Assembly: GCF_000008565.1 (NCBI RefSeq)
Contig: NC_001263.1
Location: forward strand, 1,943,533-1,975,532
DNA length: 32,000 nt
Reading direction: 5' to 3'
DNA from: Deinococcus radiodurans R1 = ATCC 13939 = DSM 20539
GTDB lineage: Bacteria > Deinococcota > Deinococci > Deinococcales > Deinococcaceae
A program made the translations under genes and the position numbers. Positions 10,188 through 18,804 of this stretch are shown piece after piece (position 1 is the first letter of the stretch; every line of letters starts with the position of its first letter). The notes beneath the pieces were generated by a model that saw nothing but the letters and a program-made list of their open reading frames with translations, did no database searches and was not told the DNA's origin.

Positions 10188-11400
10188 GGCTTTCGTGGTC
10201 AGGCTGTACCCAAATGCGGCTCAGACTGAACTGATTAACCGCACGCTGGGTAGCGCAAGGTTCGTCTACAACCACTTCCTTGCCCGTCGCATTGCGGCCT
10301 ACAAGGAAAGCGGGAAGGGACTGACCTACGGGCAAACGAGTAGCGAACTGACCCTTCTGAAGCAGGCTGAAGAAACCTCCTGGCTCTCGGAAGTAGATAA
10401 GTTTGCTTTGCAGAACTCGCTGAAAAACCTTGAGACCGCGTACAAGAACTTCTTTCGGACTGTGAAGCAGTCCGGTAAAAAGGTAGGATTCCCACGTTTC
10501 AGAAAGAAGCGCACGGGAGAGTCCTACCGGACTCAATTCACCAACAACAACATCCAAATTGGGGAAGGTAGGCTCAAACTTCCTAAGCTGGGATGGGTGA
10601 AAACCAAGGGCCAGCAGGATATTCAAGGGAAGATTCTGAATGTCACTGTGCGCCGTATTCACGAAGGCCATTACGAAGCGTCCGTTCTCTGTGAAGTCGA
10701 GATTCCCTACCTGCCTGCGGCTCCCAAGTTTGCAGCGGGTGTGGATGTCGGCATCAAGGATTTTGCCATCGTGACCGATGGCGTGAGGTTTAAGCATGAA
10801 CAGAATCCGAAATATTACCGCTCCACCCTGAAAAGACTTCGTAAAGCTCAGCAAACCCTGTCCAGACGGAAGAAGGGCAGCGCACGTTACGGGAAAGCGA
10901 AAACCAAGCTGGCTCGGATTCACAAGCGCATTGTCAATAAGCGTCAGGATTTCCTTCACAAGCTCACCACCTCCCTGGTGCGTGAGTACGAAATCATCGG
11001 AACCGAACACCTTAAACCCGACAACATGCGGAAAAATCGCCGCCTTGCACTGAGCATCAGTGATGCGGGCTGGGGTGAGTTCATCCGGCAGTTGGAATAC
11101 AAGGCAGCGTGGTACGGGCGACTGGTATCTAAAGTCAGCCCCTACTTTCCATCTAGCCAGTTGTGTCATGACTGCGGATTCAAGAATCCCGAAGTGAAGA
11201 ATCTTGCCGTCCGTACATGGACTTGCCCGAACTGTGGGGAAACCCATGACCGAGACGAGAACGCTGCGCTGAACATTCGGCGTGAAGCGTTGGTGGCTGC
11301 GGGAATCTCAGACACCTTAAACGCTCATGGAGGCTATGTCAGACCTGCTTCGGCGGGCAATGGTCTGCGAAGTGAGAATCACGCGACTTTAGTCGTGTGA
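10174..11400 (+). CDS. tnpB: ISDra2 TnpB, RuvC-type RNA-guided DNA endonuclease (Cas12 ancestor)
   Basis: 408 aa. RuvC triad in GVDVGIKDF (D191), IIGTEHL (E278) and [11 protein letters not shown] (D361). Zn finger CHDCG...CPNCG. Overlaps tnpA by 14 nt. Confidence 0.95.
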
Positions 11401-11423
11401 GGTTCAAGTAGCCGTGCACGGCC
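11260..11423 (+). ncRNA. Predicted TnpB guide RNA (omega RNA / reRNA): scaffold from the tnpB 3' end and right end, plus 16-nt guide from flanking DNA. The 5' boundary is approximate.
   Basis: Region ends ..aatcacgcgactttagtcgtgtgaggttcaa, which matches my memory of the reRNA scaffold 3' end, followed by flank gtagccgtgcacggcc (11408-11423). Hairpins agacc..ggtct (11341-11366) and 11380-11399 are visible. Existence of the RNA is inferred from published ISDra2 work, not from this sequence. Confidence 0.6.
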
Positions 11424-11629
11424 AGGATGCCGGGCGCGGGCTTCTCGGCGCTCACGCCCTTAGGCACGTAGAGCAGAGCGCTGAGCTGCTGACCGTTGGT
11501 GCCCATAAAGCGCACGTCGCGGACGCTGACCTGACCACCGGAAGTTTGCGTCCAGGCCGCCGTCAGGCCGCCGATCAGCACCAGCACCAGGCCCAGCACG
11601 AAAAGCTGAAGGCTGCGAGATGTTTTCAA
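11408..11629 (-). pseudogene. Alpha/beta hydrolase gene, N-terminal part (5' of the ISDra2 insertion)
   Basis: TTG at 11629 lies 5 nt after AAGGAG. Translation gives an N-terminal TM helix (LQLFVLGLVLVLIGGLTAAW) followed by ..GILAVHGY, ending at 11408. Confidence 0.75.
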
Positions 11630-11814
11630 GTTGACTCCTTTGCAGCGGTCGCCAGGGAAAATGGCGTCCGGCAGCGAGCACCCCGGACACGCGCCGGGCC
11701 GGTGGAGGATGAGAGCAGAGGGACAGCGCACCCCCACACGGCCAGTCGAGTCCAGATTTTGATGTGCTCTGACCTTGCCATCACACCACCCGCTGAACAG
11801 AAAGTCAATGCACT

Positions 11815-11828
11815 TGAACAGATGTTCA
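11815..11828. promoter_or_regulatory. 14-bp palindrome TGAACA-GA-TGTTCA, candidate operator in the divergent hydrolase/SorC intergenic region
   Basis: Perfect inverted hexamers at 11815-11828. A further TGAACAGA copy lies at 11794-11801. The site is 52-65 nt upstream of the GTG at 11880. Confidence 0.35.
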
Positions 11829-11879
11829 CCTGCGGCCCCGTGCACCGACCAGAGGTCAGGCTTCACCTATGCTGACAGC

Positions 11880-12860
11880 GTGAACGACGACGCACCCGAC
11901 GACCCGACCGACCAACAGGCCGCGCAGGCCGTTCAGGTCGCCCGCCTCTACTACCACCAGGGCCTGACCACCGGCGACATCGCCCGCGAGCTGGGGCTGT
12001 CGCGCCCCAAGGTCAGCCGCCTGCTGGCGCTGGCGCGGCGCAACGGCACGGTGGACATCCGTATTCACGACCCGCAGGGCCACCCGTGCAGCCTGCAAGC
12101 CCGCCTCATGGAGCGCTGGCCGGGCGTGCAGGCGCAGGTGGTCGGGCTGCCGCCGCACTCCACGCAGGACCTGCGGCTCGAGCGGGTCGCGCTCGCCGCC
12201 GCGCACTGGCTGGGCTCGGCGCTGCGGCCTGGGCTGGTGGTGGGGCTGGCGTGGGGCAACACCCTGGACGCCGTGAGCCGCGCCCTGACCCCGCGCCCGC
12301 TGAGCGGCGTGCAGTTCGTGCAGCTCAACGGCAGCGCCAGCGTGCTGGAACTCAGCTCGGGCTTCGTGGGCGGCACCCTGACCCGGCTGGCGCAGGCGGT
12401 GCGCGGGCAGGCCCACCTGTTTCCGGTGCCCACTTTCTTCGACGACCCCGCCACCAAACAGGCCATGTGGCGCGAACGCAGCGTGCAGCACGTCGTGCAG
12501 TTGCAGCGGCAGGCCGAGCTTTTGCTGTTCAGCGTGGGCAGCCCGCACGCCGCCTTGCCGAGCCACGTCTACGCCGCCGGGTATCTGGACCCCGACGACC
12601 TCACGCAACTGGAACGCGAGGGGGCCGTGGGCGACATCGCCACCATGTTTTTCCGCGCCGACGGGAGCTGGGACGGCCTGTCGCTCAACGCACGTTCCAG
12701 CGGTCCCGACCTCGCGCTGATTCGCGACCACCCGAACACCGCCTGCATCGTGGCCGACCCCGGCAAGGCGGCGGCGCTGCGGGCGGCGCTGGACGGCGGG
12801 TTGCTGCGAACCCTGATCGTGGACGAAACGACGGCGGCGGGCGTCCTAGGCGAGGGCTGA
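11880..12860 (+). CDS. SorC/DeoR-type sugar-binding transcriptional regulator
   Basis: N-terminal HTH (ARLYYHQGLTTGDIARELGLSRPKVSRLLALARRNG) followed by a SorC-like sugar-phosphate-binding domain. Start chosen at GTG 11880. The longest ORF begins at 11775, which leaves little promoter space. Confidence 0.8.
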   Translation: MNDDAPDDPTDQQAAQAVQVARLYYHQGLTTGDIARELGLSRPKVSRLLALARRNGTVDIRIHDPQGHPCSLQARLMERWPGVQAQVVGLPPHSTQDLRLERVALAAAHWLGSALRPGLVVGLAWGNTLDAVSRALTPRPLSGVQFVQLNGSASVLELSSGFVGGTLTRLAQAVRGQAHLFPVPTFFDDPATKQAMWRERSVQHVVQLQRQAELLLFSVGSPHAALPSHVYAAGYLDPDDLTQLEREGAVGDIATMFFRADGSWDGLSLNARSSGPDLALIRDHPNTACIVADPGKAAALRAALDGGLLRTLIVDETTAAGVLGEG

Positions 12861-12966
12861 GAACCAGGGGCAGCCGGCCCAATCCCCAACTCGCCTTCAC
12901 ACCGTTATCAGGCCCGGCACCTGCGGGGGCGGCAGACTCGGGGCAGTTCACCACAGGAGGTACACC

Positions 12967-13173
12967 ATGACTGGACCCTACGACCGCCCGACTTCCCCGG
13001 CCAGCGAACCCACCGACACCCCGGCGCCCATGCCCGAGCGTTTGCCCGGCGGCACCGACACCGGCCCGGTGATGGACCCGCCCACCAACCCGGACACCCC
13101 GGGAATGCCCGAGCCTCAGCCGACCTCTAATCCCGACCTGCCGGGGATGCCGGAGCCGATGCCTGCGATGTAA
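12967..13173 (+). CDS. 68-aa proline-rich acidic protein with an internal repeat
   Basis: AGGAGG (12955-12960) lies 6 nt upstream of the ATG. Repeats [12 protein letters not shown] and [13 protein letters not shown] strong terminator follows. Confidence 0.5.
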   Translation: MTGPYDRPTSPASEPTDTPAPMPERLPGGTDTGPVMDPPTNPDTPGMPEPQPTSNPDLPGMPEPMPAM

Positions 13174-13182
13174 CAAGGCAGA

Positions 13183-13243
13183 GGGAGAGGGCGGAGAGCA
13201 AAGGGACAAATCCCTTCGCTTTCCACCCTCTCCCCTTTTTATT
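13183..13243 (+). terminator. Rho-independent terminator (long hairpin plus T-tract)
   Basis: ggagagggcggagagcaaaggga (13184-13206), loop caaa, tcccttcgctttccaccctctcc (13211-13233) pairing with G-U wobbles, then ccTTTTTaTT. Confidence 0.7.
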
Positions 13244-13254
13244 CGGCTGCTCGC

Positions 13255-13425
13255 CTACTTGCCGTTTTTGGTCAGACGCCAGAGCGTCACGCCGTTGCTG
13301 ACCATCAGCGCGAGGCACAGCAGCGCCATCGGCCACTGCTCCTTTTGCACAAAACGAATGGTCAGGATGCCCCAGCCGCAGAGCAGCGCCGTCACCAGCC
13401 AGATGCGCCACTGCGGCGCGTTCAT
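13255..13425 (-). CDS. Candidate 56-aa two-helix membrane peptide (below the ORF-track cutoff)
   Basis: My translation is MNAPQWRIWLVTALLCGWGILTIRFVQKEQWPMALLCLALMVSNGVTLWRLTKNGK. It starts 55 nt downstream of the protease stop on the same strand. Codon third positions are GC-rich, like real genes here. Confidence 0.3.
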   Translation of the reverse strand: MNAPQWRIWLVTALLCGWGILTIRFVQKEQWPMALLCLALMVSNGVTLWRLTKNGK

Positions 13426-13480
13426 GCCTTTTGCCTCATGCGGGCAGCATAGAGCGCAAGGCCGGAGACAGGTGCCCCCT

Positions 13481-14683
13481 TCAGCGGGCGGGCGCCGGAG
13501 CGAGTGCGGCTTGCAAGGCCGCCTCGGCGTTAAGCAGGCCGGCGCCGCAAGTGTGGCGCGGGTCGGTGTCGCAACGCCCGCTGGCGAAGGGCGTGACCTG
13601 ACGGGTCAAGAGGGTAGTCAGAGTTGCGCGCGACAGCTCGGGGCGCACGCTGAGCAGCAGGCTCGCCACGCCCGCCGCGTGCGGGGCCGCGAAAGACGTA
13701 CCGTTGGGGTCGCGCTCGCCGCCGCTGCCGCTGACACTGCTCGCCACCACGCCGTGCGCGGGATCGCCGCCGGGCGCACCGAGAGACACCGCCCGGCCCC
13801 AGTTGGCGTAGCCGGGGCGCAGGCCGCGTTCGTCCACGCTCGTTACCGTCAGCACGTTGCGGCACCCGGCGGGCGAGTAGCCGCTCGCGTCGCGCCCGTC
13901 GTTGCCCGCGCCGACCACGACCAGAGCGCCTTTGGCGGTCACGTCGTCCACCGCTTTCTGAATGCGGGCGTCACAGCCGGTCAGCGGAATGAAGTCGGCA
14001 AAGAGGCTGAGGTTGAGCACCCGCGCCGGGTTGGGGTTGTTCGGCACGCCGGGCACGCTCAGGCCCGCCGCCCAGCGCAGGCCGTCCACCAGGTCCTGCG
14101 GGGCGATTTGACCGTTCACGTCGGCCACCCGCACATGCACGATGCGGGCGCGGGGGTTGATGCCCGCCATGCCGCGCCCGTCGTGCGCCGCCGCAATCAG
14201 GTTGGCGACAATCTCGCCGTGGTAGGCGAACTGCCCCACCGCGCCCGCATCGCGGTCACGCCTGCCGCCGTCCCCAGACCGCGCCGCGTCCGACACGAAG
14301 TCGTACCCGTTCACGACCCGCCCGGCGAGTTCCGGCGAGGCCACGTAGCCGGTGTCCAGCACCGCCACCGTGACGGGAGCAATGGTTTTTTGCGCCTGCC
14401 ACAGCGCCCACGCCTGCGGCATGCGGATGGCGGCGAGGTTCCACTGCCGGGGATAGAGAGGGTCACGCGGCAAGAAGGTGGCGGGGGCGGGGACTGGAGC
14501 AGGCAAGGGAGCTGAAGCGGGCAGCGTCGGCGGCGCGACTGGCCCGGCAGGCAGCGGCGTGAACGTGCCTTGCAGGGACGGCAGAGACGAGGAAGGCGTG
14601 ACCGGTTGCAGCGTGGGCAAGGTGGATTGGGCCGCCCCCGCCCCGGCGACCAGGGCGGTGAACAGCAGAGCGCGCTTGAACAT
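13481..14683 (-). CDS. Secreted subtilisin-like serine protease (peptidase S8)
   Basis: Signal peptide [20 protein letters not shown]. Catalytic Asp in VAVLDTGY, His in [13 protein letters not shown], Ser in [16 protein letters not shown]. Confidence 0.85.
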   Translation of the reverse strand: MFKRALLFTALVAGAGAAQSTLPTLQPVTPSSSLPSLQGTFTPLPAGPVAPPTLPASAPLPAPVPAPATFLPRDPLYPRQWNLAAIRMPQAWALWQAQKTIAPVTVAVLDTGYVASPELAGRVVNGYDFVSDAARSGDGGRRDRDAGAVGQFAYHGEIVANLIAAAHDGRGMAGINPRARIVHVRVADVNGQIAPQDLVDGLRWAAGLSVPGVPNNPNPARVLNLSLFADFIPLTGCDARIQKAVDDVTAKGALVVVGAGNDGRDASGYSPAGCRNVLTVTSVDERGLRPGYANWGRAVSLGAPGGDPAHGVVASSVSGSGGERDPNGTSFAAPHAAGVASLLLSVRPELSRATLTTLLTRQVTPFASGRCDTDPRHTCGAGLLNAEAALQAALAPAPAR

Positions 14684-14754
14684 TTGCCCAGTGTCTCCCG
14701 CCGGGCTGACCTAGAGCTGAGGAAGCGGCCAAGGCGCTCGGAGGAGCCCGCGCC

Positions 14755-14886
14755 CCTAGAGCATTTGACAAAAAGATGGCACAGCTTTTTGGCGAGCAGA
14801 GCGAGTACAAAACACTGAGCAGAACGGAGAATGGAGCGGGTGGCGGTGCTGTCCCGGCGCACGCGTAATTCGGAGAGCTGCTCTAG
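14755..14886. repeat. Possible second small noncoding repeat sharing the CCTAGAGCATTTGAC terminus
   Basis: cctagagcatttgac (14755-14769) is identical to 2005-2019. The inverted terminus tgctctag lies at 14879-14886. The TIR is only 8-9 bp, so the boundaries are weak. Confidence 0.35.
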
Positions 14887-14896
14887 AATCTGTGCC

Positions 14897-15682
14897 ATGC
14901 CCCCTGCTTCTTCAGCCTCCCGGCCTGTCGTCGTGCTGACCGGCGCGTCCAGCGGCATCGGCCTCGCCACCGCCGAGGAACTCGCCGCGCAGGGTTACGC
15001 ACTGGTGCTCGCGGCCCGCCGCGCCGACACGCTGCGCGACCTCGCCCGGCGGCTCGACCCCAGCGGCAGCCGGGTCATCGCCGTGCCCACCGACGTGACC
15101 GACGACGCCTCGCGCCGCTCGCTGTTGCAATTCGCCCACGACCACTTCGGGCGGGTGGACGTGCTTATCAACAACGCGGGCGTGACGGTGGAAAAAGGCT
15201 GGTGGTGGGACGACCCCGACCCGCTGCGGGTCGTCCGGGTCAATCTGGAAGCCCCCATCGAACTCACCCGGCTGGTGCTGCCGGACATGCAGGCGCGGGG
15301 CAACGGCCACATCGTCAACATCGGCTCGGTGGCGGGGCGGGCGGCGACCAACGGCATGTACTCGGCGAGCAAATTCGGCATTCGCGGCTTTTCGCACGGG
15401 TTGCGGCGTGAGCTGCTCGGCAGCGGCATCGACGTCAGTCTGGTGGCTCCCGGCTTCGTGCAGAGCGAGATGACCGCCAAGGCCAAGCTGCCGATGCCGG
15501 GGCCAGAAGTGGTTGCCCGCGCCGTGGCCGACGTGCTGCGCCGCCCGCAACCGGAAGTCATCGTGCCACGGGTCTACGCTGCGCTCGCGCTGATGAACAG
15601 TGTCGCGCCGAAGTTGGGGGATTTGCTGGTGAGTCGGGTGGTTATTGCGCGGCGGTATCAGCACGGGGGAAAGGGCAAATAG
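14897..15682 (+). CDS. Short-chain dehydrogenase/reductase (SDR) family oxidoreductase
   Basis: [15 protein letters not shown] (TGxxxGxG), NNAG, and catalytic YSASK. I prefer the ATG at 14897; the longest ORF starts at 14831 inside the repeat. Confidence 0.85.
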   Translation: MPPASSASRPVVVLTGASSGIGLATAEELAAQGYALVLAARRADTLRDLARRLDPSGSRVIAVPTDVTDDASRRSLLQFAHDHFGRVDVLINNAGVTVEKGWWWDDPDPLRVVRVNLEAPIELTRLVLPDMQARGNGHIVNIGSVAGRAATNGMYSASKFGIRGFSHGLRRELLGSGIDVSLVAPGFVQSEMTAKAKLPMPGPEVVARAVADVLRRPQPEVIVPRVYAALALMNSVAPKLGDLLVSRVVIARRYQHGGKGK

Positions 15683-15740
15683 CGAAGGGAAACAGGAGAA
15701 AGGGCCGCCTCCACACGGGAAAGCGGCTTCTCTTTCTCAT

Positions 15741-15870
15741 TCTGAGAGCATCAAGCGGAAAGACATGTCGTTGACCCTCTCCACTGGTGGGAGAGGGCCT
15801 TGCGAAGCAAGGGGTGAGGGGGCGTCCAGACCAGGTCTAGCGAACCCTCATTCTGCCCAATGCTCTAGGG
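15741..15870. repeat. Small noncoding repeat, same family as 1991-2129 but in inverted orientation
   Basis: The reverse complement reads ccctagagcattg...cccctcaccccttgcttcgcaaggccctctccc...ggagagggtcaa...ttgatgctctcaga, colinear with the 1991-2129 element. Confidence 0.65.
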
Positions 15871-16249
15871 ATGCCGCCGGTCCGCAAAAATCTGCTGGGC
15901 GCTCAGGTCGCCCGCCACCTTCACGTAGCTGCCGTTCTCGGCGAGGTCCCAGCTGCCGCGCTCGTCGGCCCACTCGGTGTCCATGATTTGCAGAAAGGTG
16001 GCGCGGTGGCCGTCTTCGAGCACCGGGGCGATGACCTCCACCCGGCGGTCGAGGTTACGGCTCATCCAGTCGGCGCTGCCGAAGTAGACCTCGGGCTGCC
16101 CGCCGTTGCCGAAGGCGTAGATGCGGGCGTGTTCGAGGTAGCGCCCCAGCAGACTCCGCACGCGAATGTGCTCCGAGAGGCCCGGCACGCCGGGGCGCAG
16201 GCAGCACACGCCGCGAATGACCATCTCGATTTCGACGCCCGCCTGCGAC

Positions 16250-16288
<39 letters not shown>

Positions 16289-16470
16289 GAGTTGAACTTG
16301 AGCCGCGCCCAGCCGCCGCGTCCGGCCTGCGCGTGTTCCATTTCGCGCTCCAGCAGGGCCTCGAAACCGCTGCGGGCGGTGTCAGGGGCGACCAGGAGGT
16401 GCTGGTACTCGGCCTCGGCGTACCCGGTGAGGTGGTTGAACAGCTCGGCCACGTCGGCGCCGAGTTCGCC

Positions 16471-16996
16471 GTCGGCGGAAAGCACGCTGAGGTCGGTGTA
16501 GAGCCGCGCCGTCTTGGGGTTGTAGTTGCCGGTGCCGACGTGGACATAGCGCCGCAGCCCGCCTTCCTCGCGCCGCACGACCAGCGTGACCTTGGCGTGG
16601 GTCTTGAGGCCGGTGATGCCGTAGACCACGTGCGCCCCGGCGCGCTCGAGCTTGCGGGCCCAGGAGATGTTGCGCTGCTCGTCGAAGCGGGCCTTGAGCT
16701 CGATCATCGCCACGACCTGCTTGCCGTTTTCGGCAGCGGTGCGCAGGGCGCCGAGCAACCGGGGGTCGTCGCCGGTGCGGTAGAGCGTCTGCTTGATGGC
16801 GAGTACCTGCGGGTCACGGGCCGCTTCTTCCAGAAAATTCAGTACGTTGACAAAGGAGTCGTAGGGATGGTGCAGCACCACGTCGCCCTGCCGCAGCGTC
16901 TCGAAAATGCCGCCCTCGTCGTCGTCGAGGTCCGGCACGGCGGGGGTAAAGTCGGGGTAGGACAGGTCGGGACGCCTGACGGAAACGCCCATCAGG
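16471..16996. repeat. ppk internal duplication, copy 1 (526 bp)
   Basis: Base-for-base identical to 17021-17546 on line-by-line comparison. Confidence 0.95.
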
Positions 16997-17020
16997 CTTT
17001 CCAGCACACTGGCAAGCTAA
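16997..17020. other. 24-bp non-ppk filler at the duplication junction (ctttccagcacactggcaagctaa), contains a BstXI site
   Basis: It matches neither flank of the repeat unit. ccagcacactgg (17001-17012) fits CCAN6TGG. Confidence 0.9.
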
Positions 17021-17546
17021 GTCGGCGGAAAGCACGCTGAGGTCGGTGTAGAGCCGCGCCGTCTTGGGGTTGTAGTTGCCGGTGCCGACGTGGACATAGC
17101 GCCGCAGCCCGCCTTCCTCGCGCCGCACGACCAGCGTGACCTTGGCGTGGGTCTTGAGGCCGGTGATGCCGTAGACCACGTGCGCCCCGGCGCGCTCGAG
17201 CTTGCGGGCCCAGGAGATGTTGCGCTGCTCGTCGAAGCGGGCCTTGAGCTCGATCATCGCCACGACCTGCTTGCCGTTTTCGGCAGCGGTGCGCAGGGCG
17301 CCGAGCAACCGGGGGTCGTCGCCGGTGCGGTAGAGCGTCTGCTTGATGGCGAGTACCTGCGGGTCACGGGCCGCTTCTTCCAGAAAATTCAGTACGTTGA
17401 CAAAGGAGTCGTAGGGATGGTGCAGCACCACGTCGCCCTGCCGCAGCGTCTCGAAAATGCCGCCCTCGTCGTCGTCGAGGTCCGGCACGGCGGGGGTAAA
17501 GTCGGGGTAGGACAGGTCGGGACGCCTGACGGAAACGCCCATCAGG
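17021..17546. repeat. ppk internal duplication, copy 2 (526 bp)
   Basis: Identical to 16471-16996 at an offset of 550 bp. Confidence 0.95.
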
Positions 17547-17690
17547 TCGGCGGTGCCCAGAGGCCCTTCGAGCATGAAAATGTCAGCGGGGTCGAGGTTG
17601 AGCTTGTCCTGGAGCAGCTCGAGCATCTCTGCCGGCATCCCACCTTCCATTTCGAGCCGCACCGCCGACCCGAAGCGGCGCCGGCGCAGG

Positions 17691-17722
<32 letters not shown>

Positions 17723-18804
17723 TTCTTCCTCCTCGAACTCGTAATCGGTGTTGCGGGTCACGCGGAAAACGTGGGTGGACATCACCTTGCGGCCCTTGAA
17801 CAGCTCGCCGATGTGCTCGGCAATCACGTCCTCGAGCAGCAGCAGGTGCTCGCCGATCGCCACCACGCGCGGCAGCACGCCCACCGGCACCTTCACGCGG
17901 GCGAAGTCGGGGTCCTCGCCCTTTTTCGTCTTGAGCAGCACGCCGAGGTTGAGGCTGAGGTTGCTCATGTACGGAAAGGGGTGGCTGGGGTCCACGATGA
18001 GCGGCGTCAGCACCGGCTGAATCTCGGCGAGGTAGTGCTCACGGAGCTGTGCCCGCTCGCGCTTGCCGAGGTCTGCCACCCCGACCAGCCCCACCCCGGC
18101 GTCGCGCAGGTCGCGCAGGATGTGGCGGGCGGCGTGCTCGACCTCACGCAGCATGGCGTGGGTCTGCTCGCGCACCAGCTTTAGGGTTTCGCGCGGCAGC
18201 AGTCCGTCGGGGCTGGGGGTCTGCACGCCCGCCGCAATCTGGCGGTGAACGCCCGCCACGCGCACCATGAAAAATTCGTCGAGGTTGCTGCCGCAAATCG
18301 CCACGTACTTCAGCCGCTCGAGCAGCGGATTGCGCTCGTCGCGCGCCTCGGCCAGCACGCGCTCGTTGAAGGCCAGCCACGACAGCTCGCGGTTCAGAAA
18401 GCGGCTTTCGGGGTTGGCGACGGTGGTCAGGGTCTGCACCGGGCCGGACGCGCGGGCAGCCTTGGCGGATTTCTTGTGCTCCCCCCGGGGTTCGGCGGGG
18501 GTGGGCGAGACGGCAGAATCGGCAGACACGGTGTTCACTCCTTGAGATTTAGCGCACGGCTGCCAAGCTGCGGTCAGCCGACTGTCCTAAAAAGTTTCAG
18601 CACCTTTCGGGCCTCAGCCGGCAAAACGGCACCTGACGGCGGGAAGGGCTGACGGCTGGAAAGGCGCCTTCAGCATAGCGCCCGCACCTGCTCCGCCCTT
18701 TTTGGCTGTGCGGCCCGGCTCACGCGCCCTGTCCCGTAAATCATGAACAGTTCCGCCGGAATCCGTATCAGGCCCCGGTCATGCCCCCGGCGCACACTGG
18801 AGCA

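Larger units (their letters stand above)
9672..11407 (+). mobile_element. ISDra2 (IS200/IS605 family), complete copy
   Basis: Deleting exactly 9672-11407 (1,736 bp, the length I recall for ISDra2) restores ..ILAVHGY|INSREVQ.. in the interrupted minus-strand gene. Left subterminal hairpin tcgccc-tgaaaa-gggcga at 9718-9735. Right hairpin cacgcgac-ttta-gtcgtgtg at 11380-11399. Visibly lower GC than the flanks. Confidence 0.93.

Noticed and set aside
9952-11247. 431-aa ORF antisense to ISDra2 tnpB
   Set aside because: It lies entirely opposite a gene with unmistakable TnpB motifs. It has no recognisable motifs or SD. I treat it as a shadow ORF.
11339-11866. 175-aa ORF as an independent gene overlapping the ISDra2 right end
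   Set aside because: Its C-terminal 23 codons are read-through into the IS. Its first 79 codons precede a better TTG start with AAGGAG. It is the N-terminal fragment of the interrupted hydrolase.
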